Below, piece by piece: positions 31,401 to 41,987 of a stretch of 64,000 nucleotides of DNA. A model generated the notes under the pieces. The model saw nothing but the letters and a program-made list of their open reading frames with translations. It was not told where the DNA came from and made no database searches. Within the stretch, counting starts at the first letter, position 1; the number at the start of each line of letters is the position of its first letter. The translations under genes were made by a program, and so were the position numbers. Location of the stretch: contig CAVZYA010000001.1 in NCBI GenBank assembly GCA_963779415.1, positions 1,888,001-1,952,000 of the forward strand. The letters run 5' to 3'. This stretch comes from an uncultured Acidobacteriota bacterium. GTDB lineage: Bacteria; Acidobacteriota; Thermoanaerobaculia; UBA5066.

Positions 31401-33682
31401 GGTGAAAAGACGAGCGGACGGCCGACGGGAGGCCGGGCGAGGCGCGTGGCGGCTCCCGACGGATCGCCCTCCGCCCAGAACCCGAGCTGGTCCATCCGGT
31501 GGGGCGAGCCGACGTGCCCGGAGACGCCGAACGGGACGACGAGCGTCGCGGCATCCGGCTCCCCCCAGTCGACGACGAAGCGCATCGACTGCCCGAACGT
31601 GGAGGTCTGGACCCGCGGGACGGCGGCGGCGCCCGAGAGAGGAATCGACGGGGCGTCGAAGACGCGCGAGAGGCCGGGGATGAGGCCGAGCGGGTGCCGC
31701 GCACGGAGGCGGTTCGAGGCGCCCCATGTCCAGCGGGCGCGGTCGAGCCCCTGCGCGGTGGCGATCGCCCGGAGCGCCTTCTCGACGACGAGCTTCATCG
31801 CCGCCCCTTTCTCCCCGAGCCCGGCGCGGCGCCACGCGGACCGGTCCGCGAGCGCGACGTCGACCACTCGATCCTCCGGAAGGCGGAGCGAGACCTCGGG
31901 CCCGACTCCCCAGACCTGCAGTGTCCGGGCCGAGAGGGCGTCGCGGAGCGCGCGGGCAACGAGAAATTGAGCAGTCGTCGCATTGGCGCTCCCGTCCCAC
32001 CCGGCGAAGCGCTTCGCGAGATCCGACGGAAGATACGGGACGAACGCCTCGGTGAGGCGGCGCATCGGCTCGGAGACGGCGTCGAGCTGGATCCTCTCCA
32101 TCGCCGCCCGGTCCAGCTTCTCGCCGCGGCGCTTCGCCGCCTCGAGGAGGTCCCGGATCCGCCGCGCCCGGACGGCCGACGCGAAGTGCGTCGAGACGGG
32201 GACGGGGAAGCTCGTCCCGATCACCCGGTTGTTCGCCGTGACGAGATAGCCGGAGGACGGGTTCACGACGCGCGGGAGCCGCGCGGGGGAGAGGAAGCCG
32301 CGCCAGTCGTTCTCCGGGTCCGAGCCGTCATACGGCAGCCCCCCGTCCGTGCCGGGCCGCCGCAGGGGGACGAGGCCGGTCGCCCGCCAGCCGATGTCGC
32401 CCGCGGCCGAGGCCCAGACGACGTTCTGGGCGGGGCCGAGAAAGCCGTCGAGAGCCCGGTCGAACTCGGCCGTCGTGCCGGCCATCATCGTCTCGACGAT
32501 CGGGAGCCGGAGGTTCCCCGGGTCGAGAGCCGTCCAGGTGAGCGCGAGGTCCCTGGTCACGAGCGGCCCGTGCGACGTCGACCTCACCTCCAGACGCTCG
32601 GGGGAGCTTCCGCGGACGGCAAGCGTCTCCACGCGGACCTCGACCGGCTCGGCACCGCCCCGCCTCGCCGCCTTACCGTCGACGATCGTCTCGCGGTAGA
32701 GGTCCTGGACGTCCGAGTAGAGATTCGTGAAGCCCCACGCGAGGGCGTCGTTCCGGCCGAGTACGACGCCCGGGAAGCCGGGAAGGGTCACCCCTTCCAC
32801 GAGGCGTCCCGCGATCTCCAGGCGCATCGGGAGCCAGATCGACGGGACGGAGAGCGCGAGGTGCGGGTCGTTCGCGAGGAGCGGCTTCCCGCTCTTCGTC
32901 AGCGCGCCCGAGACGACCCACGCGTTGGAGCCGGCTCCCTCCTCGTCGAAGCCCGCGCCGAGCGCGGCGACCTTTCGCAGGGCGGCCGGCGCCACCTCGG
33001 GAAGGGGAGGAGGGAGCTGCGGCGACGCATCGGGCACGAGCGGCACGTCGTCGTCCGAGAGAGTCGAGAAGACGAACCGCGCGAGGGACGGGGGGAGGAG
33101 GCGCCCGGCGTCGCGGCCCGCCTCGTCCCTCCAGACCGTCGAGAGGTCCTCGTACATCAGGAGAAGGACGAGAAGCGAGTCGGCCGGCGTGAACTCCCGA
33201 GGCCGCTCGCGAAGGAGGGCGAATTCGAGGCCGAGGCGTCCCGGGTGAGAATCGAGGAAGGCGTTGATCCCGTCGGCGAGCGCTTCTAGGTGGGCGCGCT
33301 CCGGATCCGGCAGGAGAGCCACGGCCCGCGGGGCGACCCGCGCATAGCCGTAGGTCCGCCGCCGGCGGTCCAGGTCGAGCGCGGCCTTGCCGAACAGCTC
33401 CGCGAGCTGCCCCTCCGCCGCGCGCCGCTGAAGCTCGAGCTGGAAGAGCCGGTCGCGTGCGGTCAGATACCCCTGGACGCGGATGGCATCGTCGACAGAG
33501 CGCGCGGCGACGGTGGCGACGCCCCGGTCGTCGAAGGTGACACGGACCTTCTCCTTGAGGCCGCGTATCGACGGGACGGAGTCGTCGGGGAGGTTCCGCC
33601 GGACCAGCCAGAAGGCCCCGCCCGCCGCGAAGAGGAGGGCCGCGAGAAGGACGCTTCCGACGACGAGGAGCGCGCGCCGCAT
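31397..33682 (-). CDS. Penicillin acylase family (Ntn hydrolase)
   Basis: ARDRLFQLE, GSNAWVV, LANDPHL, SGHVGSPH. Confidence 0.9.
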   Translation of the reverse strand: MRRALLVVGSVLLAALLFAAGGAFWLVRRNLPDDSVPSIRGLKEKVRVTFDDRGVATVAARSVDDAIRVQGYLTARDRLFQLELQRRAAEGQLAELFGKAALDLDRRRRTYGYARVAPRAVALLPDPERAHLEALADGINAFLDSHPGRLGLEFALLRERPREFTPADSLLVLLLMYEDLSTVWRDEAGRDAGRLLPPSLARFVFSTLSDDDVPLVPDASPQLPPPLPEVAPAALRKVAALGAGFDEEGAGSNAWVVSGALTKSGKPLLANDPHLALSVPSIWLPMRLEIAGRLVEGVTLPGFPGVVLGRNDALAWGFTNLYSDVQDLYRETIVDGKAARRGGAEPVEVRVETLAVRGSSPERLEVRSTSHGPLVTRDLALTWTALDPGNLRLPIVETMMAGTTAEFDRALDGFLGPAQNVVWASAAGDIGWRATGLVPLRRPGTDGGLPYDGSDPENDWRGFLSPARLPRVVNPSSGYLVTANNRVIGTSFPVPVSTHFASAVRARRIRDLLEAAKRRGEKLDRAAMERIQLDAVSEPMRRLTEAFVPYLPSDLAKRFAGWDGSANATTAQFLVARALRDALSARTLQVWGVGPEVSLRLPEDRVVDVALADRSAWRRAGLGEKGAAMKLVVEKALRAIATAQGLDRARWTWGASNRLRARHPLGLIPGLSRVFDAPSIPLSGAAAVPRVQTSTFGQSMRFVVDWGEPDAATLVVPFGVSGHVGSPHRMDQLGFWAEGDPSGAATRLARPPVGRPLVFSP

Positions 33683-33738
33683 CGGGGCGGCCACTATCGC
33701 ATACGGTCGGTCGGTTCGCGCGCGCCCGTCCCTCGGGG

Positions 33739-34257
33739 TCAGCGGCCGGCCGGCGCCGGCGCCTTCGTCCCCTTCACCGGGAGCCGGTCGATCCAGAGCT
33801 CTTCGAGCAGAGGCGTCTTCCCCTCGGAAAGCTGGACACGGTACCGGATCCTCACGCCGCACGACGGGACGTCCCAGACATGCATCGCGGGATCCCCTCC
33901 CCCGGGGGACTCCGCCCCGTAGCGATCCCGGAGGCCCGGAAGGAGGCCGGGCGCCGGATCGAAGACGTAGTGAAGCGCAGAGACGCGGGAGTCCGGCGTC
34001 CCGCCGTCGAACGTCACCTTCACCTCGTACCGCCGGTCATGGGGGGTGTAGAGAAGGCTGAAGTCCGGACCGAGGGCCGACGCCGAGGCGCTGGAGCGCG
34101 TCATCGAGTCGAAGACGACGGCCCGTTTCTGGCCGATCTCGAAGCCCGAAAGGCCGGGGCAGAGGACCGGGCGCGGCGTCCGCGCCGGCACGGACCCCTG
34201 GGCGAGGAGCCCCGAAGCCGGTATGACGAGAAGAGCGGCGAAAAAGGTCGTTCGCAT
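33739..34257 (-). CDS. Hypothetical secreted protein
   Basis: Signal peptide; fills gap between same-strand genes. Confidence 0.65.
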   Translation of the reverse strand: MRTTFFAALLVIPASGLLAQGSVPARTPRPVLCPGLSGFEIGQKRAVVFDSMTRSSASASALGPDFSLLYTPHDRRYEVKVTFDGGTPDSRVSALHYVFDPAPGLLPGLRDRYGAESPGGGDPAMHVWDVPSCGVRIRYRVQLSEGKTPLLEELWIDRLPVKGTKAPAPAGR

Positions 34258-34309
34258 GAATACGGTCGGATCCCGCGTCAGCGTGGCGCGGCAGACCCCG
34301 GGAGCGCGC

Positions 34310-34651
34310 TCATCGCGAAGCGCGTGCCAGCTCGCCCCGAAGCGTCTCCTCGTGGAATCCGACGAGAAGCCGACGTCCGATCTTCACCATCGGAGCCCGG
34401 AAGTTCCCGGTCGGGCCGCGGAGGTCGTCGAGCCGGGCCTCCTTCGCGCCGATCGTCCGGACCGACTTCCCTTTCGCCACGACCACTTCCGAGACGGAAG
34501 CGAGCAGCGCCCGCGCTTCCGCCTCCGAGAGGGGCTCCTTTTTCGAGAGACGCTCCGCGGCAACGTGAGCCTTCGTCCTTTCGAGCACCGCACGGGTGCG
34601 CTGGCAGCTCGTTCAGCCGATCCGGTAGTAGGTGAGATCGACGTTCGCCAT
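34310..34651 (-). CDS. ArsC-family selenoprotein (UxxC; UGA at 34615-34613)
   Basis: MANVDLTYYRIG-TGA-TSCQRTRAVLERTK.. in frame with ORF 34310-34588; GPTGNFRAP..LLVGF; GGGAGG before ATG. Confidence 0.85.
34581..34612 (-). promoter_or_regulatory. Candidate bacterial SECIS hairpin
   Basis: Right after UGA: CGAGC..CGCA-CCCG-TGCG..GCTCG stem-loop. Confidence 0.55.
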
Positions 34652-34686
34652 CGGAGCCTCCCCACCGAGTGTAGCGGCTCGGGCGA

Positions 34687-36120
34687 CTAGGGCGCGAGGG
34701 CGTACTCGGAGACGAAGAGGCGGGTCCGCTCCACCCCTTCGAGAAAGCTCGGAAGGCTGATCCGCTCGTTCAGGTTGTGGATCTTCGCGGCATCGTAGAG
34801 ATTGACGTTGAACGGCGAGAACCCGAACGCACGGATTCCGCGGGCGCGGAGGATCGGCGAGGAGGTGTACTGGCCGTTCAGGACGTAGACGCCGACGACC
34901 GCCGGCTCGAAGGGGTCGAGACGAAGCACGTCGCCGAGCGTCTCCCACGCCCGTCCCCTCGCCTCGGCCGCCGCGGCGTCGGGGGTCCGGAAGAGGACGT
35001 GCATGGCGAGCCCGCGCTCGCGCCCCCACGCGGCGAGCTCCGCCTCGCTCGCGGCGACGGAGGAGCCAGGGAGAAGGAGCCGGGCCACCGCGAGAGAAAA
35101 GCCCCCGCCGGGCGCCGGACCGACCCGACCTACGACGATCGCATCGCGAAACAGCGACCGGTAGACCTCGGGCATCTCGGCCTGAAGCTCCGGCGAGAGG
35201 AGCGAGTCACCGGTCCCGAGCATCGCGCGTCCCCAGACATAGGAGCGGGTCGGCGCGACGAAGCGGAGAAACTCGCGGACCGCCGGGTCGAGCCGGAGCG
35301 GCGCGGAGCGGTCCTTCGCGACGAGAAACGCGCGGAATTCGTCCAGCGCCTCGCGCGACGGAGCGGAGAACGTCGCGGAGAGAATCGCCTTCTGGAGGAC
35401 CTCGATGCCGTACCGGAGGATGTCGGCGCCGAGGACTTCATTGACCCCCCCTTCGTTGATCGCGTCCGTCACGCCGTCGAGAAGGTCCGGCCGGCGATCG
35501 AGGATCCAGCCGATGCCGTAAGCCTCCTCGAACGTCTCCTCGGCCGACTCGGCGACGAAGACGACGTCGCGCAGGGGCACGACTCCGTGCCGCTTCAGAT
35601 CGGCCATCGCGAGCATCGACGCGACGACCTGCCCCTTCATGTCGAGCGTTCCGCGCCCGATCAGGTAATGGGAGGCCTGCCCCGTGCCGCGCTCCCCGGC
35701 GAAGGGGGGCCGGTCCCATTTCGAGAGATCCCCGGGCGGGACGACGTCGATGTGGCCGAGAAGAAGAAGGGCTCCGTCTTTCGTCGCCCCCCGGAGCCTC
35801 GCCACGAGGATGGGCCTCTCCGGCGAGTCGCCGACGATCTCGAACGGGATCTCCTCGCACTCGAAGAACCGCGCGAGGAAGAGGATCGCCTCGCGCGTCC
35901 TTCCGGGAGGATTCGACGAGTCGATCCGGACGAGGTCGATGAGCAGCCGCGCCGCTTCCTTCCCGATGGCCGCGTCGGCCTCGGCCCGGACGTTCCGGAC
36001 CCGGATCTTCGGCGCGAGAAGAACGGGAAGGCGCGCTACGAGGAGGAGCGCGAGCGCCAGAGCGGCCCCCCCGCCATAGAGGGCGAGGCGCCGCTTCGTG
36101 TTCCGCGAAAGCGGGCTCAT
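34687..36120 (-). CDS. Membrane-anchored M20 family metallopeptidase
   Basis: GHIDVVP, GRGTLDMKG, AEE, NEGG, IHNLNE. Confidence 0.87.
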   Translation of the reverse strand: MSPLSRNTKRRLALYGGGAALALALLLVARLPVLLAPKIRVRNVRAEADAAIGKEAARLLIDLVRIDSSNPPGRTREAILFLARFFECEEIPFEIVGDSPERPILVARLRGATKDGALLLLGHIDVVPPGDLSKWDRPPFAGERGTGQASHYLIGRGTLDMKGQVVASMLAMADLKRHGVVPLRDVVFVAESAEETFEEAYGIGWILDRRPDLLDGVTDAINEGGVNEVLGADILRYGIEVLQKAILSATFSAPSREALDEFRAFLVAKDRSAPLRLDPAVREFLRFVAPTRSYVWGRAMLGTGDSLLSPELQAEMPEVYRSLFRDAIVVGRVGPAPGGGFSLAVARLLLPGSSVAASEAELAAWGRERGLAMHVLFRTPDAAAAEARGRAWETLGDVLRLDPFEPAVVGVYVLNGQYTSSPILRARGIRAFGFSPFNVNLYDAAKIHNLNERISLPSFLEGVERTRLFVSEYALAP

Positions 36121-38237
36121 GGCGTCGCGGCGCGGCCGTTCCCGCGACGCCGGAGCGAGGTCAAGGCGACGGCCAGAACGACCGACAAACCCGCCACCGT
36201 TCCCACGAAACCGATCTTCACCCATCGGGTATCGGGCCGCAAACGGATGACGTGCCGGCCGGGGGGGACGCGGAGGCCCGCAAAGCCGAAGTCGACGGGG
36301 AGGACCGGCACCGGCCTTCCGTCGATCCGGGCCTCCTCGCACGCCGCGCGAAGGCGGAAGAGCATCAGGAAGGAGTCCCCCGGGCCGAGCGCGTCCACAT
36401 CGAGAGTGAGCGCGTCGCCTCGGTCGACGACGGAAAGAACGCGCCCCTCCGCGACGTCGCGCTCGCCCGCCGGCTCCTCGCGCACGTAGGCCGCCTCCGG
36501 GTCGATCCCTTCCTTCAGAAAGCGGCCGAAGAGGCGGCGGCCGTCCGCGTCCGAGACGACCCGCGACGCGAATCGCCACGGAGCGTGCCTCTCCCCGAGC
36601 GGCTCGAGGCGGGTCACGAATCCCGCTCCGGCCGAAGCCTCGCTCCGGACGACGGCCGAGGCGCCGGCGTTCGAGAGAAGACGCGTCGGCGCCGGCCCCG
36701 GCTCGGGGAGCGCGGTCGCGAGAAGCCGGAGCCATTCGTCCGCTTCCCCGGGGAGCGTCAGGTCGTAGTCGGGGGAAAAGAGCGAGCCCATCCCGAAGAG
36801 CGCAGGGTACTCCGGCGTGAGCGCTTCCGCTCCTTCGCGAGTCAGCGCGGCGACATCCCGACCCCGGAATTTCGGGACGGGAACGAGGCTGTCGCGCGAC
36901 ACGAGGCGCGGCGGCGAGGCGTCGCGCGGAACCGCTGAAATCGCCGAGAGGAGCGGGGGGCGTCGTGTGAGGATCTCCCCCGGCTCCGCCCCGATCAGAC
37001 GCCGCGCGACCCCGTCCCGGTCCACGAGGACGAGGGCGAGGACCAGGGCGGACGCCCCGGCTCTCCAGGAGACCGGGATCCTCCCTTCGAGCGCGCGAAT
37101 CCCCAGCGCCGCGAGCCAGGCGAAGGCGAAGCCGGAGAGAAGGACGTGTCGCTCGGGATAACGGAGCGTCCCCACGGCGGGGAGGAAGCGAGCCGCGGCC
37201 TCCCAGACCGGCGTGGCGGGGCCGAGGGCGAGAAGAATACTGATGGCGACGAGGGCCACGGCCCGGATGCGCCCCGCACCGCCGAGAGCGAGGCCGGCGA
37301 GAGCCAGTCCGAGCGCGACGCGCCCGGGCGTGATCGACGGCACGTAGGGGTGGTACGTCCCGAGGCCCGGCGCGAACGGAACCCGGGTCCAGTCGGCGAG
37401 GAGACCATCGGAGAGAAGCTCGACGAGGCGCGCCGGGGGAAGGGCCCCTTTCCCGGCGGCCGAGAGGCCGAACCCCCCTTCGGCCGTCCGCGAGCTGGCG
37501 GAGATCGTCGCGAGGCCGCCGAGAAGTGCCGGGGCCGCGAGGGCGGCGGCGAGCAGAGCACTCCCTCCGAGCGCGATGGCGGTGCGAGAGAAGGGTGCCG
37601 CGGATTCCCTCGAGCCATCGACAGGAGGCCCCACGACGAGAGCGGCCACGACGAGGCCGGCGTAGAGGACGTATTCCGGGGCGCCGGAAACGAGGATCAG
37701 TCCGGCGACGACTCCGAGCCGTGCCGCCGCGGCCGGCGAAGGAGAGCGTCGTGCCTCCAGCGCGAGAACGGCGACCCACGGAAGGAACGAGTGGGCCGCC
37801 GAGGCGCCGAGAAAGGGAGCGACGGAGACCGTCGGCCCCGAGAAGGAATAGAGCAGTGCTCCTGCCGCCGCACCCCACGCCGAAAGCCCGATGCGACGCC
37901 CGAAAAGGTAGAAGCCTGAAAGGCCCGTCAGAAGCCTGAGGAGGATCCACGCGCTCGCCGCGGCGCCGAGCGGAAGAGCGGCGAAGAGGAGATTGCCCGG
38001 GTCGAACGGCGCCGCACCGGGCGCGCCGAGGAGCGGGAGGCCGCCCCAGCGGTACCGGTCGATCCACGGGACGAGGCCGGCGCGAAGGCTCTCGGCGAGC
38101 GCCGCCTTCGCCGGATAGAAGTAGAAGAGAAGGTCACGGGCCGCCGGGACCCTCCCCGTCAAGAGATCCCGGTAAGGGACCAGCAGGAGGAGCGCCGCGG
38201 CCACGAGCGGGAGCGCTCCCCGAAGGCGCGCGTTCAT
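36117..38237 (-). CDS. YfhO-like GT-C membrane protein
   Basis: RDLLFYFYP, PWIDRYRWGGLP, LRYPERH, VPPGRHVIRL. Confidence 0.8.
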   Translation of the reverse strand: MNARLRGALPLVAAALLLLVPYRDLLTGRVPAARDLLFYFYPAKAALAESLRAGLVPWIDRYRWGGLPLLGAPGAAPFDPGNLLFAALPLGAAASAWILLRLLTGLSGFYLFGRRIGLSAWGAAAGALLYSFSGPTVSVAPFLGASAAHSFLPWVAVLALEARRSPSPAAAARLGVVAGLILVSGAPEYVLYAGLVVAALVVGPPVDGSRESAAPFSRTAIALGGSALLAAALAAPALLGGLATISASSRTAEGGFGLSAAGKGALPPARLVELLSDGLLADWTRVPFAPGLGTYHPYVPSITPGRVALGLALAGLALGGAGRIRAVALVAISILLALGPATPVWEAAARFLPAVGTLRYPERHVLLSGFAFAWLAALGIRALEGRIPVSWRAGASALVLALVLVDRDGVARRLIGAEPGEILTRRPPLLSAISAVPRDASPPRLVSRDSLVPVPKFRGRDVAALTREGAEALTPEYPALFGMGSLFSPDYDLTLPGEADEWLRLLATALPEPGPAPTRLLSNAGASAVVRSEASAGAGFVTRLEPLGERHAPWRFASRVVSDADGRRLFGRFLKEGIDPEAAYVREEPAGERDVAEGRVLSVVDRGDALTLDVDALGPGDSFLMLFRLRAACEEARIDGRPVPVLPVDFGFAGLRVPPGRHVIRLRPDTRWVKIGFVGTVAGLSVVLAVALTSLRRRGNGRAATP

Positions 38238-40568
38238 CGGGCCCTCCGGCGGAAGACGAGCGCGGCCACGGCGAGAGAGAGAGCCGAGACGAGCGCCCCC
38301 CGGAGAAACGGCCCCGTGTCGTACAAGAGATCGACGCGATGCTCCCCCGGCGGGATGAACGCCGCCGTCAGGAACCCGTCGGACCGGAAGAGCGGAAGAG
38401 GCTCTCCGTCCAGCGTCCCCCTCCACTCCGCGCCGAAGGTCCGCGTCGTCACGAGGGCGCCGACCGGAGGCGCCACTTTCACCCGAAGCGCCACATGGCG
38501 GTTCGAGCGCGACACGACCTCGGCCGTGCCGGCTCCTCCCGCGCGGAGTCCCTCTGGGGCACCGGGGACCTCGATCACGGAGGAGCGGAGTGGGTCCCGC
38601 ACCGGCGCCGCGAGGAGGCGCCGCGCGGCCGGGGCGTCCGGAGCCACGACGGGCTCGGGGACGAAGAGGAACTCGGGACGCGTCGGAGCGAGCCGGACGA
38701 TCCGGTCTCCTCCCGAGCGTCCGACCTCCTCGGCGCCGGGCGGATCGGGAGGAAGCGAGGCCGTACGGACGACGGAGACGCCCGCCTCGCGAAGACGCCG
38801 CGCTTTTTCCTCACCCCAGGGAAGACGCTCCGCCTCGAAAACCGCGCCGACGGACGCGGACGGAGTCATCCGGTCGACGTCATTCTCGAGGGCGTAGGGA
38901 ATCCCATGGAAGATGCCGGCCGCCGCGCGGAGCGGATCGAATCCGCCCGCCTCGAGCGTCCGGCGGACTCCGGTCGCGCGGTCGTCGGCGCCGTCGTCGA
39001 AGAAGCGGCCTCCCCGAAGGTTTTCCGTCACGAGATTCCGTGGCCGGGCTCTTCCGCGTGAAGAGATCCCGCGCTCCGGCCGGAAGCGTCCCGGAAACGC
39101 GCCGCGCGGCGTCGGCGAGAAAAAGAAGGGAGAGAACGAAAAGAAGAGCGAAGCGGGAGGCGCGGCCGCGGCGAACAAGCTCCGAGAAGAATGCGACGAC
39201 GAGCATGGCCGCGGCCCCTCCGAGGGCCAGCGGCCGGAGGACAGACGCGACGAGGCCGGCAGGAGCCGGACCTGTCCCCAGCGACGCCTTCCAGAGAACG
39301 GCGCGAAGCGCCGGCGGCGAAAGGAACGCGAGAAGTGCGACCCCTCCAAGGGGGGCGACGAGGGCGAGCGACGCGTTCCGGAACATTCGAAGAGGCCGGT
39401 CCCGCTCGTCCCGGTGCGTCGCGAGCAGCCGCCCGACGCCGACGGCCGCCGCCGCCGAAAGGGCGAGCGTCGCGACGACCCACCATTTCTCCGGGTATCG
39501 AAAGACCGGGAGGCTCCGGCCGAGGACCGAAGTGCCGGGGAGGAAGCGTCCGAACGAGAGGAGAGCCGCTCCTCCCGCAAGGGCGAGAGCGGCACGGCCA
39601 CGCCCGTCGCCGAGCGCGGCGGCGGCGAGCGCCAGCGGAACGAGGCCGAGCGCCAGATCGGAAAAGTACGGCTGGCCGCCGTCGAAGGTGCCCGAGCCCC
39701 AGTAGCCCGCCTCGTCCTCGGCTCCCGGGTCGCCGGTCAGGCGCGGCTCGAGGAGAGTCAGAAGCCGCGAGGGACGGACCGACCAGTACCGGGCTCCGTG
39801 CTCGGCCAGGAGTCCGGTCCCTCGTGCCGAGCGCCGGAGCAGCCCCCACGCCGGGACGAGCTGGACCGCCGCGAGACCGAGCGAGAGGAGGACCGCGGCG
39901 AGGATCACGCCGCCTCTCCGGATCGTCTCGCGCGGCGAAGCGCGAGGCGAGACGGCGAGCCGCCCGAGGGCGAGCGCGAGGCAGGCGGTGCCTCCCGCCG
40001 CCGTGACCGTCGGCTCGCCGCCGAGAAGCGAGAGCGCGAGAGCCCCTCCACCGAGAACGGCGAGACGCCCGGACGAGGGCGATCCGGCGCCGAGGGCCCA
40101 GAACGCCACCGCCGCCGGAGCGAGCGGAGCGGCGGAGGGGAGTCCGGCGAAAAGCGGAATCGTCTGGAGAATTCCGGAGAAGAGGAGCACCGCCGTTCCC
40201 ACCGCCGCCGGAATGGCGCCGAGCCGGATCGCTCGGAGGCTCGCGTAGAAGAGCCCGAGGAGAAGCGCGACGTTCGCGAGCGCGAGGAAGGTCGGCGAGA
40301 TCAGGGCGAGAAGCGGCGAAAGGGGCCAGAAGACAGCGGCATTCGGGTCGGCCGCGAAGGCGCGGCCGTTCGAGAGGGCTTCGTTCCAGTACGGAAACCC
40401 CGCAGGCCAGAGCTTCGGAAGGAGCGCCCGCCACGGCGCGAAGAAGAACCCGGCGTCCCGGGAGTAGAGCGTGCCGCCGGCGAAAAACGGTCCGAAGCGG
40501 ACGAAGAAGAGGACGGCGACGGCCGCCGGTGCGATCAGGGTCGCGGGATCGCGGGAAGGACGCTCCAC
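38234..40568 (-). CDS. YfhO-like GT-C membrane protein (frameshift ~39045)
   Basis: RDAGFFFAP, PYWNEALSNG, FRYPEKW; C-terminus IPPGEHRVDLLY in ORF ending 38234. Confidence 0.78.
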
Positions 40569-40582
40569 GTCCGCGTCGCCCC

Positions 40583-41987
40583 TCAGGCCCGATGGGCCAG
40601 GACGAGGAGCGACATGCCGAAAGAGGGCGGATTCTTCTCCTCGGCGCGGAGGAGCGGCAGGAGCCCCTTGAAGGCGCCGAGCTGTCTCTTCGGAAGGACC
40701 TTCCGCTTGAGAAGGCGCGAGTTCAGCCACCAGCCGATGACGCCGGGACGGTTCAGGAAGCGGATCTCGTCGATCGCGAAGCCGGCGGCCTTCACGAGCG
40801 ACGCGAGGGGCTCGCGTTCGTATCGCCGGAAATGGCGGAGGTGGACGTCGAGGGAGCCGTAGAGGGACTGGAGGGCCGGGACGAGCAGGACGAGCCGTCC
40901 CCCGGGGGACAGGACCGAGGCGAAATCGCGCAGTGTCCCCGCGTCCTCTTCGATGTGCTCGAGGACGTTCAGGCAGACGATCGTGTCGACGGCTTCGATG
41001 CGGAGGGCCTCGCTGTCCGCGCCCGAGAGCGGAAACCTGTAGCTCGCGACCCGCACGTTCGAACGGTCTCCGAACCGCGCCCGGAGCTCCCGGACGTAGT
41101 GCGCCTCGACGTCCGAGGCGACGACGCGCTCCCGGTCGACGAAGTACCGGGTCTGGTTCCCGACGCCCGAGCCGACCTCGAGGATCCGCTGCCCGAGGTG
41201 CCGCTCGAACCTTTCGTGGAGCCATCGGTTGTACGGGGCGAGCGCGGACATCCGGCGGAGCGTCTGCGTCCCGACGTCACCGCGCGGCGCTTCCCAGCGG
41301 AAATACTTCAGAATGACCCAGACGGCCTGCAGGGCGTCCGAAAGGCCGATCTTCTTCCCCTCTTCGTACGTCCGGCCGCTGTAGGAGATCGGGATCTCGA
41401 AGATCCGCGCCCGCATCCGGGCGACCTTGCAGGTGATCTCCGGCTCGATGCCGAACCGCTTCGACTCGAGATCGAGCCGGTCCACCACCTCGCGCGTCAT
41501 CATCTTGTAGCAGGTCTCCATGTCGGTCAGGTTCAGGTTCGAAAAGACGTTCGACATGAGCGTGAGAAACCGGTTTCCCACCGTGTGCCAGAAGTAGAGG
41601 ACGCGGTGCCCGTGCGGGTTGCCGAGGAAGCGCGAGCCGTAGACGACGTCGGCCTTCCCCGCGAGGATCGGCCCGAGGAGGAGCGGATATTCGTTCGGGT
41701 CGTATTCGAGGTCGGCGTCCTGAATGACGACGACGTCCCCCGTGGAAGCACGAAGACCCGTCCAGACCGCCGCACCCTTTCCGAGGTTCCGGGGCTGGAA
41801 AAGGACGCGGATCCCGTTCGTCCCGTCCAATCTCGCGCAGGAGGTCGCGCGTCCCGTCCGTGGAGCCGTCGTCCACGATGACGATCTCCCTCTCGAGGCC
41901 TCCGAGGTCGACGGCGAGGACGCGGCCCACGATCTCGCGGATCGTCCGCTTCTCGTTGTAGGCGGGCATCACGATGGAGAGCTTCAT
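40583..41987 (-). CDS. Bifunctional GT2 glycosyltransferase / class I methyltransferase (frameshift ~41830)
   Basis: MKLSIVMPAYNE, VDDGSTDGT, QDADLEYDP; ILEVGSGVG, NVLEHIE. Confidence 0.87.

Noticed and set aside
28558-33682. Beta-lactamase plus penicillin acylase as a beta-lactam catabolic cluster
   Set aside because: Opposite strands, separated by unrelated genes; both families have broad functions
34687-38067. Apparent giant fusions (1126 aa here; 1569 aa at 42116; 1033 aa at 55544)
   Set aside because: N-terminal extensions overlap other genes in another frame; true starts are 36120, 44534 and 57244
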